Positions 1-10,641 are shown, numbered from the stretch's first letter. The stretch: 64,000 nt of DNA from an uncultured Phycisphaerales bacterium (GCA_963758525.1 CAVWVQ010000003.1:1216001-1280000); one strand, 5' to 3'. Notes: generated from the letters alone by a model not told the origin. Made by a program: numbers and translations.

Positions 1-898
1 TGCGATAGCGCATCTTGTATTCGACCTCGAACGGCTCGAAGTGAATGTCGGAGGCCTTGTCCTTGATGGCCTGCAACAGCACCAGATTGATGAGCTTGCG
101 CACCGGATTGGAGTCGGCGGCGGCCTTGATGCTCTCCAGATCCATCGACTCGCCGCGACCCTTGAGGTCTTTGAGCGTGTCGTCGGTCTGAAGCTCTCCG
201 AGGATTTCCGAGATGTTCTCCGCGGCGGCCTGGTAGTGCTTGGCGATGAGCCGATCAATTTCGGTGGCGTCGGCGAGCACCACCTCGACCTCATAGCCCA
301 TCAGCGCCCGCAGATCGTCCAGGGCGCGGAAGTTTTCATGGCTGGCCATCGCGACGGTCAGCTTCTTGGCCTCCTTGTTGTAGGAGATCGGCAGCACCTT
401 ATTGGTCGTGGCGATCTGTGGCGGCACCGCCGCGATCGCGTCCGCCTCGATCGTGCGCGATTCGAGGCTGACCAGTTCGTAGCCGCGCTGCGCGGCCAGG
501 CCGATGTTCAGATCCGTTTCCCTGACATAGCCCAGATCGATGAGAATCCGGCCGAGGACGCCTCCCTTGCTCTTTTGGAATTCCAGCGCCTCGGTGACCT
601 GCTCGCGGTTGATCTTTCCCATCTTCGTCAGCACACGGCCAATGGGACGCCCCTTGAGCTCGCTGATGGCCGGCATCTGACCCGGGGGGCGGCTGGCCCC
701 GCCGACGGATGGCTTCGACAGGGGAATCGGCGGCTTGCCGGCGCTGCTGGGACCGGGAATGCCCGGCGTTGGCGGGCGCAGCCCCGGCGTCGCAGGCTTC
801 TGGCCGGGAATGACAGGCCTTGCGGAGGGAAGGCGAGGCTTGCCGTCATCGGGTGTTCCCGAAGGCGGCGGAGCGGAAGGCGGGATCATTCGAGACAT
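1..898 (-). CDS. pilB: GspE/PilB-family secretion ATPase, 5' part (runs off the window)
   Basis: Manual translation from ATG 898 (GAGGGAG RBS upstream): Pro-rich N-terminus, then MshEN-like 'GRPIGRVLTKMG...GGVLGRILIDLG' and 'VRKLINLVLLQAIKDKASDIHFEPFE..YKMRYR'. It is missing from the ORF track because it has no stop inside the window. Confidence 0.9.
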   Translation of the reverse strand, partial: MSRMIPPSAPPPSGTPDDGKPRLPSARPVIPGQKPATPGLRPPTPGIPGPSSAGKPPIPLSKPSVGGASRPPGQMPAISELKGRPIGRVLTKMGKINREQVTEALEFQKSKGGVLGRILIDLGYVRETDLNIGLAAQRGYELVSLESRTIEADAIAAVPPQIATTNKVLPISYNKEAKKLTVAMASHENFRALDDLRALMGYEVEVVLADATEIDRLIAKHYQAAAENISEILGELQTDDTLKDLKGRGESMDLESIKAAADSNPVRKLINLVLLQAIKDKASDIHFEPFEVEYKMRYR

Positions 899-1103
899 TC
901 AGGCTCCCTCATCGAATTCGAACTCTTTGCTCAATCTTGCCACGCAGTTGCGTCCGCATCAATCAAAAACCGGAGTTTTCGCCACGGCGTTCCGGTAAGC
1001 TCGTTGTGGTGCGGGCTTCCAGCCTGCGATCGCAGCCGTGCAAACGCAGTTTGCTCCTGCTTTGCCGGAATTTTCTCCCGCGCCCGTCACGTCTTTTTGC
1101 CCA

Positions 1104-2375
1104 TCATGCGAGCGCGGTTGGCGGCAATCTGCGCCTGCCGCTCCGCTTCACTTTGTCCCGCGCCAGGAGGCGCTGCACCGGCGGACCCGCGGCAGGAGGC
1201 TTGGCCGCCCCGGCGGCGCCATCGCCGGAGGGTTTGGCGCTCGGAGGAGCGCCGCCGGCGCCGTCCGACGGGTCGGGCAGGGAGTCGTCGGGCTTTTCCA
1301 CGGCGAATCCCGCGCGATTCATCTTGTCGACCATGTTTCCGGGGTTGCGGCTCTTGTCGATCGCTTCCTCGGCGCTGATCCGCCCCGCCGCGAAATGGCC
1401 GAACAGATTGTCATCCAGCAACTGCATCCCGTAGCGCTTGCCGGTCTGAATCTCCGAATCGATGCGGAAGGCTTTGTTCTCTCGAATCAGATTCTGAATG
1501 CCGGGGGTGACGTACATAAATTCGTAGGCCGCCACCATTCCTTCGGTGTCGACGCGGGGGCACAGCGCCTGGCTCAGCACCGCCAGCAGGTTGCCGGCCA
1601 ACTGCACGCGGATCTGCTCCTGCTGATCGGTGGGAAAGGCGTCGATCAATCGGTTGATGGTGGATGCCGCGCCGGCGGTGTGCAACGTGCCAAAGACAAG
1701 GTGGCCGGTTTCGGCGGCCGTCACCGCTGCGGAGATCGTCGCCAGGTCGCGCATTTCGCCCACCAGCATGCAATCGGGATCCTGCCGCAACGCGCGGCGC
1801 AGCGCCTCGGCGAAGCTCGGAACGTCCACTCCGATCTCGCGCTGCACCACCACGCTCTTTTTGTGCTTGTGGTAGTACTCGACCGGGTCTTCCATCGTGA
1901 TGATGTGACGCTCGAAGTTGGTGTTGATGTAGTCGATCATCGACGCCAGCGTCGTGGTCTTCCCCGAACCGGTCGGCCCGGTCACCAGGAACAACCCGCG
2001 CGGACGCCGGCAGATCTGCTCGGCCATCTTCGGCAGCCCGATTTGCTCAAACGTCAGCAGCTTGCTGGGAATGCGGCGCAGCACCAGGCTCGCCATCCCC
2101 TTCTGCTTGAAGATCGACACGCGGAAGCGCGCCTCTTCCCCGAAGGCAAAGCCGAAGTCGCCCGAGCCGGTCTCTTCAAATTCCTGCTGAATGCGCTCGG
2201 GCGTGATCGACTTCATCAGCGCCGCGGTATCCTCGGCTTCGAGAACCTTGGTCTGCAACTCGCGCATCCCGCCATGCATGCGCAGCACCGGCGGCTTGCC
2301 GACGGCAAGGTGCAGGTCGCTGGCGCTCTTGCGGATCACCGTGTCCAGCAGACGATCGATTTGTACTGTTGCCAT
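1104..2375 (-). CDS. pilT: PilT/PilU twitching-motility retraction ATPase
   Basis: ASDLHL, Walker [36 protein letters not shown]. The tail may be frameshifted near 1180; another frame reads ...EAERQAQIAANRARMMGKKT* and ends at 1087. Confidence 0.95.
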   Translation of the reverse strand: MATVQIDRLLDTVIRKSASDLHLAVGKPPVLRMHGGMRELQTKVLEAEDTAALMKSITPERIQQEFEETGSGDFGFAFGEEARFRVSIFKQKGMASLVLRRIPSKLLTFEQIGLPKMAEQICRRPRGLFLVTGPTGSGKTTTLASMIDYINTNFERHIITMEDPVEYYHKHKKSVVVQREIGVDVPSFAEALRRALRQDPDCMLVGEMRDLATISAAVTAAETGHLVFGTLHTAGAASTINRLIDAFPTDQQEQIRVQLAGNLLAVLSQALCPRVDTEGMVAAYEFMYVTPGIQNLIRENKAFRIDSEIQTGKRYGMQLLDDNLFGHFAAGRISAEEAIDKSRNPGNMVDKMNRAGFAVEKPDDSLPDPSDGAGGAPPSAKPSGDGAAGAAKPPAAGPPVQRLLARDKVKRSGRRRLPPTALA

Positions 2376-2381
2376 AAAACC

Positions 2382-4161
2382 TCAGCCTGCGATTCCCTCC
2401 ACCTGCGCGACTTTCACGATTTCTTCGGGGGTGGTGATCCCGCGGAGCACTTTGAGCCGCCCGTCCTGCAGCAGCGACTTCATGCCGCTCGCGAGGGCGG
2501 CTTTGCGAATTTTGTTTCCGGCGGCCCGTTCGAACGCGAGGGTGCGGAGTTCGTGATTCATGACCATCAGCTCGAACACCCCGCGCCGGCCGCGGAATCC
2601 GATGCCGCCGCATTCGTCGCAGCCATGCGGCTTGCAGAGGTTCTGGCCGACCAGATCCGACGGCTTGATGCCGCAGAGTCTGAGCCATTTCGGATCGGGA
2701 TTGGGATCGGGCACCTTGCACTTGTTGCACAGAATCCGGACCAGCCGCTGCGCCAGCACCGCCTGAATCGAGCTGGCGACGAGGAACGGCTTCACCCCCA
2801 TGTCGATGAGTCGGGTGATCGCTCCGGGGGCGTCGTTGGTGTGAAGCGTGCTGAACACCAGATGGCCCGTCAGAGCCGCCTGGATCGCGACCTCGGCGAC
2901 TTCCAGATCGCGAATTTCGCCGACGAGAATGACATTGGGAGCCTGACGCAGCATCGCGCAGAATCTTGGAGAAGCTCAGTCCGATGACTTCGCGCACCTG
3001 GCATTGGTTGATGCCGGCGAAGTTATATTCGACCGGATCTTCGGCGGTGATGATCTTGCGATCGGGCCGGTTGAGCTCATTCAGCGCGGCGTAGAGCGTT
3101 GTGGTCTTGCCCGACCCGGTCGGACCCGTCACCAGAAAGATTCCGTTGGGCCGTTTGATGATCTTCTGAAACGCCTTGTTGTCTTCTTCCTCGAACCCCA
3201 GATTCACGATGCCGATGCGCACGGCATCGGGACGCAGGATACGCAGCACGACCGATTCACCGTGATATGCCGGCAGCGTGCTGGCGCGGAAGTCGATCTG
3301 CTGCTTGTCGACCACCAGCTTGATGCGGCCGTCCTGCGGAAGCCGCTTCTCCGCGATGTCGATGCCGGCCATGATTTTCAGCCGGCTGATCAGCGGGCCT
3401 TTCATGCGCAGGGGAATGCGGTCGCGCTCGACGCATTCGCCGTCGATTCGATATCGCACGCGAATGCGGTCCTTCATCGGCTCGATGTGAATATCCGATG
3501 CGCGGTTGCGGACGGCCTCGGCGATCATCGCCTGCACCAGCTTGATGATGGGCGCCTGCGTGGCGTCGGCCGGCCCGTCCCCTTCGCCGATGCCGGAGAT
3601 GTCGATCGACTTGTCGATGGAGCGGTCGACCGATTTATCGACGGTGCGATCGACGGTCTTGTCGAGCGTGCGATCCATCGTCTTGTCAAATGTCTTGTCC
3701 CGGGTCTTGTCGATCGTGTTGGCAGCCGTCGTTCCCAGAATCTGATCGAGCAGCGACTTGATTTTCGAGCGCGGCGCCAGCGACGTGCGGATTTCCTTGT
3801 GGAGCCGGAAGCGGAGAATATCGAGCATCTCCAGATCCAGCGGATCGTGAACGACGATCCGCAGCCGGCCGTTCTCCATGCCCAGCGGCAGGATGAGGTA
3901 CTTGCGCATCAAATCGTCTGGAATCAGATTGATCGCGTCGGTGGGGACCGAGGTCTTGTCCAGCTCGACATAATCCAGCCCGTGCTGGGCGGCCAGCGCC
4001 TTGAAGACATTTCCCTCGGTGCAGACCTTCAGATCGACCAGCGCTTCGCCAATGCGCATGCCCTGCTTTTTGCCGTGCTCCAGCGCCTTGGCGACGTCCT
4101 TGGGATTGGCAAAACCCCATTCAATCAGCAACTCACCGAGTTTTTTTTGTTGACGGGCCAT
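2382..4161 (-). CDS. pilB: GspE/PilB-family ATPase (frameshift at ~2955)
   Basis: [31 protein letters not shown] and [10 protein letters not shown] in one frame. [16 protein letters not shown], the [12 protein letters not shown] motif and the Cys4 zinc motif continue in the next frame (ORF 2382-2954). Confidence 0.92.
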
Positions 4162-4459
4162 AATAGTGGGCGGCAAAGAGCGGACTCGGGCTCAAGGTCA
4201 GGGCGGGAACAATCCTTTCGGTCGCAAATCGTCCAGGGGCCCGATTTCAACCCTCATTGCGCCGCGGCGGCGAATCATAGTGTACCGGCTTGCCGTCCGC
4301 CGCGACAAGCGCATTCTGCCAAACCCGCGGCTCAATTCCGAATCTGCCCGCTTCGATCAATTATAGCACCGTCGCGTGGCATAGGCGTCTCGCCCAAGCG
4401 GTATGCGGAGCGGAAGAAACCCTTCGATATCATGAGTTCGCATACCACGATATCGCCTT

Positions 4460-4491
4460 CATGGGCGGGACGCGCGGGACGCCCATGCCAC
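4460..4491. repeat. Palindromic repeat family B (core CACGGGCGGGACGCCCGTGCCAC / GTGGCATGGGCGTCCCGCCCATG)
   Basis: The reverse complement is identical to 19827-19858. Related copies are at 12808-12829/12893-12915, 15257-15280/15344-15366, 55981-56005 and 63218-63240. Confidence 0.85.
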
Positions 4492-4548
4492 GTTCATGCC
4501 ACGTTCATGTTACGGAGAGCAGTTCAAAACCGGTAAGTTTGCGCGCAT

Positions 4549-7158
4549 TTGCGGGGGGGATGCTATTTTCTGCGGGCGGTGGCGCAGCTCACTTCCTCGT
4601 CTCCCGCCGATGATCCAGCGCTCTCCGCTCGTCCGGCTCTTGCGGTTGCGGTCGCCGTGATCGTTGGCATCACCACGCATCGACTGCTGCCCGCTGCGCC
4701 GGGAGCGTGGCTCCTCCTTGGCGGGAGTCTCTGGTGCGCCGCCCTTCTCCTCTTCAACCGGCCGCGGGCATTTGCGACTTGCGCCATCGGCGCACTCATG
4801 CTCACCGGCGCCGCGGCGGGTCAGTTGTTCGCGTTTTATTTTCCGCGGCATCACATCGCACTCTTCGCGACCGACGAACCGCGGCTGGCGATCCTGGAAG
4901 CGCGCATTGACGAGCCGCCGCGGTTTCAGACGACGCCGCACGGGAAAAACGGGGCGCGCACCATGCAGTTCGGAGCGACCACGCTCCGGCTGCTCACCGT
5001 CTCGGGCTGGGAAGACACAACGGGGAAATTACAGATATCGATCGCCGGAGAGGTTGGCGGGCTTGCCGCGGGCGGCGCTATTCGCGTCGTCGGAACGCTT
5101 CAGCGCCCGCTGGCCGCCAGCAATCCCGGCCAGTTTGACTGGGCGGCATACGGCCGCACGCAGCGGCTTTGCGCCGAACTTTCCGTCCTGCATGCCAGCG
5201 GAGTCCAGGTGCTCCCCGACACCAATTGGGATCCGGTGTGGACGGCGCGGCAACGCGCTCGAGCCGCGCTCGACGCCGGCTTTTCGATCGCGGGCGGCGC
5301 CGGCCGCGAGCTGCTCGCGGCGCTGGTCTTCGGCGACCGCGGAAACGAGCTGACGAATGTGGAGGAAGCGTTCCGACGGACAGGCGATACGCATCTGCTG
5401 GCCAGCAACGGATTGCGCATCGCGATTCTCGCAAGCGGGCTTTATCTGCTCTGTTTTGCGCTACGCCTCGGTCCGCGCAGGTCCGTCTGGCTCGTCACCA
5501 TTGCGGTGGCGCTGTTCGCTTTTCTCACGCTTCCGGCGCCGCAGGCGCTGCGTCCGTCGTTGCTCTGCGCCGGAGTCGGGATCGCCATCGCGGCGCGACG
5601 GCGGGTCGATTCCGTGCAATTGCTGTCGCTTGCCGCGCTGCTGATTCTCTCGTTCAATCCGCTCGACTTGTATGCCGCGGGTTTCCAGCTCAGCTTCGTC
5701 GCTGTTTTCGGCCTGATGCTCTTTGCCGGGCCCGTGGCACGCTGGCTTCTTGAGCTGGAAGATCCTCATCGGCGTGCAGCCCGCGGCCTCTTCCAAGCTT
5801 CCGCCGGGCAGCGACTGCGCATCGTTCTCTGGGACCTGGGCCGGCCGGTGCTCGCCGCCGCGATGGTTGCCTGGCTGATCGCCACGCCGCTGGTCGCGTT
5901 TCAATTCGAGCAGTTCAATCCCTGGTCGATCCCCATCGGCGTGGTGCTCTCGCCGCTGGTTTTCATCGCGATGATCGCAGGCTTCGCGAAAATCTGCCTG
6001 ACGCTCGCCTTCCCCTGGTTCGCCAGCTCATGGGCGAACGTCGCCCGGATGCCCGCCGATACGCTCATCGCGGCCGTCTGCTGGCTCGCGAAAATTCCCG
6101 CCGACGATATTCCGATGTCATCCCCCCCTGCCGGGATCATCGCCGCGTATTACCTGCTCCTGTGCGCCCCAGCCCTGGGATCTTTGGCGGCATTCAACCG
6201 GTTATGGGATCGGATCAAACCCCGTTCGTTCGGCAAGCTTCTGCTATGGTCCGGCCGCATCGTTCCTCCCGGCCTTGCCCTGCTCCTGCTGTTTCTCCCG
6301 GTGAATCCGGGGGCCCGCGCTCCGCCGGGAACGCTGCAACTGACGCTCCTTTCCGTTGGCGCGGGACAGAGCGCCGTCGTCGAATTGCCTGACGGACGCG
6401 CGCTGATGATCGACTGCGGCTCATCAACGCTTTCGGATGATCTGCGGCAATGTCTGGCGCCATTTCTGCGGCACGAGGGCCGCAGCCACCTGAACGCAAT
6501 TTACCTTTCGCATGGCGATTACGATCACATCAGCGCCGCGGCGGGCGCTGTCGAGATGTACGACGTGCCCGACGTTTTCATCAGTCCTAATTTTCGAGTG
6601 CACGCGCGCGAAAGCGCCGCTGCCGAGGGACTGCTCGAATCACTCGAGGAGGCGAAGCGACCGCCGCAGACGCTCTGGGTCGGCCAGCATATTCCGCTCG
6701 GCGACGGCGCCATGCTCGAGGTCCTCTGGCCGCCCGAACACTCGGCGCTCAATTCCAACAACAGCGCCCTGGTGCTGAAGCTCAGTTATGCCGGCCGATC
6801 GATCTTGTTTCCCGCCGACATCCAGATCCCCGCCGAGCGCGGGCTGCTGCAAAATCCCGCGCTGCTGCGCAGCGACATACTCATCGCCCCCCACCACGGC
6901 AGCCGCGAAGACACCACCGCCGAATTCATCGCCGCGGTGCATCCCCTGTTTATCCTCAGTTCCAACGCCAATCGTCTCACGCAGAAACAGCGCGGCTTCG
7001 ATGCGCTGGCGATCGCGCATCCGCTGTACCGCACGAGCAACTGCGGCGCGTTGACCGTCGGGATCGATGCGAAGGGGCAAATCCAATTGCGCGGCTTTGT
7101 GCGATTGCGAGAAGAGGGAACTGGGGGAAAAGGGCAGAGAGGCATGGAAGGGAGGTAA
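4549..7158 (+). CDS. comEC: ComEC/Rec2 DNA-uptake competence protein
   Basis: Multi-TM protein with 'NPGQFD', 'GFQLSF' and a C-terminal metallo-beta-lactamase domain (VGAGQS, IDCG, SHGDYDH, APHHGS). The start may be GTG 4579. Confidence 0.92.
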   Translation: MRGGCYFLRAVAQLTSSSPADDPALSARPALAVAVAVIVGITTHRLLPAAPGAWLLLGGSLWCAALLLFNRPRAFATCAIGALMLTGAAAGQLFAFYFPRHHIALFATDEPRLAILEARIDEPPRFQTTPHGKNGARTMQFGATTLRLLTVSGWEDTTGKLQISIAGEVGGLAAGGAIRVVGTLQRPLAASNPGQFDWAAYGRTQRLCAELSVLHASGVQVLPDTNWDPVWTARQRARAALDAGFSIAGGAGRELLAALVFGDRGNELTNVEEAFRRTGDTHLLASNGLRIAILASGLYLLCFALRLGPRRSVWLVTIAVALFAFLTLPAPQALRPSLLCAGVGIAIAARRRVDSVQLLSLAALLILSFNPLDLYAAGFQLSFVAVFGLMLFAGPVARWLLELEDPHRRAARGLFQASAGQRLRIVLWDLGRPVLAAAMVAWLIATPLVAFQFEQFNPWSIPIGVVLSPLVFIAMIAGFAKICLTLAFPWFASSWANVARMPADTLIAAVCWLAKIPADDIPMSSPPAGIIAAYYLLLCAPALGSLAAFNRLWDRIKPRSFGKLLLWSGRIVPPGLALLLLFLPVNPGARAPPGTLQLTLLSVGAGQSAVVELPDGRALMIDCGSSTLSDDLRQCLAPFLRHEGRSHLNAIYLSHGDYDHISAAAGAVEMYDVPDVFISPNFRVHARESAAAEGLLESLEEAKRPPQTLWVGQHIPLGDGAMLEVLWPPEHSALNSNNSALVLKLSYAGRSILFPADIQIPAERGLLQNPALLRSDILIAPHHGSREDTTAEFIAAVHPLFILSSNANRLTQKQRGFDALAIAHPLYRTSNCGALTVGIDAKGQIQLRGFVRLREEGTGGKGQRGMEGR

Positions 7159-7159
7159 G

Positions 7160-7410
7160 GAAAGGGACGAAGGGATGGGGAAGGCACCAAGGCACGGAGG
7201 CACGAAGGGATGGGCACGAAGGGATGGGCACGGAGGCACGAAGGGAAGGAAGGGGATTTTTGTTGCTTCGCTCTGAACTTCAAGGTTCTTCTTCCTCACC
7301 CTCCGTGCCTTCGTGCCTTCGTGCCTTCGTGCCTTCGTGCCTTGGTGCCTTGGTGCCTTGGTGCCTTCCCTGGTGCCTTCCCCCCTTCCTCACCCTTCGT
7401 GCCTACGTGC
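7160..7410. repeat. Inverted pair of 8-mer tandem repeats (GCACGAAG/GCACGGAG facing CTTCGTGC/CTTGGTGC)
   Basis: Eight consecutive CT(T/C)(C/G)GTGC-type units at 7301-7364 with complementary units at ~7182-7245. Confidence 0.9.
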
Positions 7411-7462
7411 CTTTCCCTTCCCCCTTGTCTCCCACCCCCGACCCATTAAAATCCGCCAACTC

Positions 7463-8494
7463 ATGTCTGAAGTGAACAAAGACTCCGGCGGCGCTTCTCC
7501 ACTTCCAGTGGCCGTCATCGGTTGCGGCCGAATGGGCCGGCTGCATGCGCGGGTTTATTCAGAGATGCCCACGGTCCGACTCGTCGGCGTTGCCGACGCC
7601 GACGGCGATCGGGCGCGGGCGATTGCCGACGAATTCAACTGTGCGGTCCTGGAACCCATCGGGGAGCTGCCGGCGGAGGTGCGGGCGGTGTCCATTGCCG
7701 TCCCCACCAACAGCCATGCGGTGGTCGCCGAGCGCTGCCTGTCCCGCGGGATCGCCTGCCTGATCGAGAAACCGCTGGCCAAGGATGTCGCGGAAGCCCA
7801 GCAGATCGTCGATTGCGCCAAGCGCACCGGCGTTGCCGTCCAGGTCGGTCATATCGAGCGATTCAATCCAGCGGTTCGGGCGATGCATCGCCTGGAGATC
7901 AAGCCGAGGTTTATCGAGGTGTCGCGCATCAGCCCGATGACGTTCCGCAGCATCGACGTGGGCGTCGTGCTCGACATGATGATTCACGACATCGACATCG
8001 TCCTGCGCCTCGCTGGGTCGCGCGTCGCCAAGATCGACGCCATCGGCGTCAGCGTCATCGGCACGGTCGAGGACATCTGCAACGCCCGCATGATTTTTGA
8101 GAACGGCTGCGTCGCCAACATCACCGCCTCGCGCCTGTCGCTCAAGACTGAGCGGAAGCTTCGCGTCTTCAGCCCCGACGCATACGTCTCGCTCGATTAC
8201 CAGAAAAAATACGGCATCGTCGCCCGCCGATCGCACAACCTCGACGCGATCCGCGAAGCCGTCGATCGCATTCATCGCGGCGAAGTGACCGATCTTTCCG
8301 AGCTGAACTTTGCCGATCTGGTGCAGATCGAGGAATTGAAGATCGACGATATCGAGCCGCTCCGCGCCGAACTGGATTCGTTTGTGGAAGCCGTCACCAA
8401 CGGCACCGCGCCGTCGGTCAGCGCGGAGGAGGGCCTGGCCGCGGTGGAAACCGCCTCCCGGATCATCGCGGCGATCGCGTCGAACAAACTCTGA
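7463..8494 (+). CDS. Gfo/Idh/MocA oxidoreductase (GnnA-like)
   Basis: VIGCGRMG Rossmann motif, IEKP, VGHIERFNPA and DMMIHDID. The ORF-track upstream extension is translated repeat. Confidence 0.88.
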   Translation: MSEVNKDSGGASPLPVAVIGCGRMGRLHARVYSEMPTVRLVGVADADGDRARAIADEFNCAVLEPIGELPAEVRAVSIAVPTNSHAVVAERCLSRGIACLIEKPLAKDVAEAQQIVDCAKRTGVAVQVGHIERFNPAVRAMHRLEIKPRFIEVSRISPMTFRSIDVGVVLDMMIHDIDIVLRLAGSRVAKIDAIGVSVIGTVEDICNARMIFENGCVANITASRLSLKTERKLRVFSPDAYVSLDYQKKYGIVARRSHNLDAIREAVDRIHRGEVTDLSELNFADLVQIEELKIDDIEPLRAELDSFVEAVTNGTAPSVSAEEGLAAVETASRIIAAIASNKL

Positions 8495-8552
8495 TCTTTC
8501 GCGGACAGCAGAGCGTGGCTAGAATTGCGCACTTGGGACAGCTAAGCGGAAC

Positions 8553-8780
8553 ATGCAAATGAGCGTAATTTCAGCACCAGTTACATGGGTGGAGTCGGTC
8601 AGCGAACTGCGGCTGCCGGTTTCTGCTGATCGGCGCCTGCAGGATCTAATGGACAGGAATACCGAAGGAACGCTCAGTGCAGAAGAACGCGCCGAGCTGG
8701 AATCGCTCGTGGATATCAGCCAGCGCTTGTCTTTGGTTCGCGCGGAAGCCTTTCATCTTTTGGGGCGAAGTCCGTTGTGA
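8553..8780 (+). CDS. Small hypothetical protein, antitoxin-like
   Basis: 75 aa, 'RLQDLMDRNTEGTLSAEERAELESLV'. Resembles small proteins that usually precede HNH nucleases; no search was run. Confidence 0.65.
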   Translation: MQMSVISAPVTWVESVSELRLPVSADRRLQDLMDRNTEGTLSAEERAELESLVDISQRLSLVRAEAFHLLGRSPL

Positions 8781-8833
8781 GCGAACGGGTGGATCTGCGG
8801 CACGAAGTTGAGCGACGCGCACAAGTTGAATAA
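8777..8833 (+). pseudogene. Truncated partner gene (possible HNH nuclease N-terminus)
   Basis: GTG overlaps the upstream TGA and reads MSERVDLRHEVERRAQVE*. It stops where a CxxC motif would be expected, just before the convergent eamA end. Confidence 0.4.
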
Positions 8834-8840
8834 CGCCATA

Positions 8841-9719
8841 TCATTTCGCCAGTACGATCAGCACCGCTCCCGCCACCATCACCAGCGATCCAACGAGCCG
8901 TTCGAGGATGTTCTTCTCCTGGAAGACTTTGTATCCAAGGAACAGACTGAGCAGTGTGGATGTCTGAAACAGCGCCAGCGCATAGCCAACTTTGAAGCCG
9001 CCGAGAACGATGATGGTGCAGAGCTGCATCACTCCGGTGGAGACGGCCAACCAGAGGTAGGTGCGAATGCTTGCGACGGCGATCTGCCGTTGTTTTGAAA
9101 TCTTGCTCCCGTTGATCGCACCGACGGCCGCTGCGGAAACGCCGAACCCGAGAACGGCCCAGAGCGCGAAGGTGATCAGCGGCGAAGACGCCAGCAGCGC
9201 CTTCTTCAGGAATACCGCCTCCGTGGCTGAAATCGCCATGGCGGCGAAGCGATATTGAACTCCCCGCTCGGTGAAGAATCGCACGAAGACGTTCCGCTTC
9301 GGCTCCGTCACGTTCTTGTCCACGATGAAGTAACTTCCGCCGACGATCAGGCCCAGGCCTGCGATGCCAAGCGTGCCGGGCGACTCGCCGAGCAGAATCA
9401 TGCCGGGGATCAGGCTGATGATCGACTTGTATGCGTTCACCGGCCCCAGCACCGACAGATCCGACAGCTTCACCGCCTGCACCATCAGAGCGTTTCCCGA
9501 CACGGTGAGGATCACCACGACCGAAATGTTGAGCCAGAACACGTGCGAGAGATCCGGGCGAAGGATCAGAATCAGCGGCAGGCAGACGATGGAAAGCAAA
9601 GCATGGGTGAGCACGATCACGAAAAGCGGATCGGCCGATCGCTTCGTCAGGACCTTCTGGAAAACGTTGGAGAACGGATTCGCGACGATGCGGCAAAGGA
9701 CAATCAGCGACAACAGCAT
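8841..9719 (-). CDS. EamA/DMT family transporter
   Basis: About 10 hydrophobic segments in two repeats, with 'LLGESPG' and 'VFQEKN' motifs. Confidence 0.85.
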   Translation of the reverse strand: MLLSLIVLCRIVANPFSNVFQKVLTKRSADPLFVIVLTHALLSIVCLPLILILRPDLSHVFWLNISVVVILTVSGNALMVQAVKLSDLSVLGPVNAYKSIISLIPGMILLGESPGTLGIAGLGLIVGGSYFIVDKNVTEPKRNVFVRFFTERGVQYRFAAMAISATEAVFLKKALLASSPLITFALWAVLGFGVSAAAVGAINGSKISKQRQIAVASIRTYLWLAVSTGVMQLCTIIVLGGFKVGYALALFQTSTLLSLFLGYKVFQEKNILERLVGSLVMVAGAVLIVLAK

Positions 9720-9875
9720 GGAAGGTCGGCCGAGGATACAGGATTGTTGCCGCCGCCCCAATGTGGGTCGGGATTGATCCCGACGATCTCACGCCTTTGC
9801 CCCCTCTCCCCGATTAGCGGGAGAGGCGGTAAGAGTTCTTCCCGTACATTCTGTCCGCAGCCGTTTGCACAGTGC

Positions 9876-10313
9876 CTATGCCAACTTCCCGGCAACAGCG
9901 CCGCACTCAGGACAACGATCCGGCGTGGCTCGCAAATCGTAGCCACAATTCGCGCATCGCCCAGTGTGAATCGGCGCGGAATGCCGTCGTAGCCAGCCGG
10001 CGAACCAGATCAACGGCATCAACAATGACGCCCAGAGAATACTCAGATAAGGAATCTCCACCCCTCGCGCCGGCGGCAGGCCGAATCGCCCGGTCATCGA
10101 ATCGAACATCGCGTGCGCAATCGTGAGTGAACCGCCATGCGAAAAGACAATCATCGCCGGCTGTGCATTCGCCTTTGCTCCAACTGGGGAAAGCTTTTCG
10201 CTGACCGTGCTGAGATGATCCCAGTGACGATAGCTGCGGACCCATAACGGGAGCATCGCCACGCAAAGCGCCAAAGACGCGATCGCAATGAAGTCAAATG
10301 GAGGGTGTTTCAT
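9876..10313 (-). CDS. Membrane protein with C-terminal zinc ribbon
   Basis: 'LWVRSY' and a C-terminal CANCGYDLRATPDRCPECG. Confidence 0.8.
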   Translation of the reverse strand: MKHPPFDFIAIASLALCVAMLPLWVRSYRHWDHLSTVSEKLSPVGAKANAQPAMIVFSHGGSLTIAHAMFDSMTGRFGLPPARGVEIPYLSILWASLLMPLIWFAGWLRRHSAPIHTGRCANCGYDLRATPDRCPECGAVAGKLA

Positions 10314-10420
10314 CGATTCAAAGTCTATCAAGACGGCAGGATGTATTGTTCGAAAATTCCAGATGATGACGCGGAATTCGCACCGCGCTCGCCCTCCACA
10401 CGGGCCTGACGATAGACGAA

Positions 10421-10575
10421 GTAGGGTCCGCAGAAGAGCCGCAAACAGGCATCGGCAGCATAAGCCGCGCGTTCGGCTCTTCTGCGGACCTTCGGAGGGA
10501 TGTGGCGAGGTCCGCAGGAGGGCTCGACGTTTTCACGTAAGCTGATGGCTGCTTGCGCCCTCCTACGGACCCTAC
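10421..10575. repeat. GTAG-type REP doublet with extended hairpins
   Basis: GTAGGGTCCGCAGAAGAGCC...GGCTCTTCTGCGGACC followed by GGTCCGCAGGAGGGC...GCCCTCCTACGGACCCTAC. Confidence 0.8.
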
Positions 10576-10641
10576 TCGACTATCCATCCGGGAAATTCGA
10601 ACATGCCTGGCTTGTTTTTTCGCCGGGAGTTGCGGCCGGGC

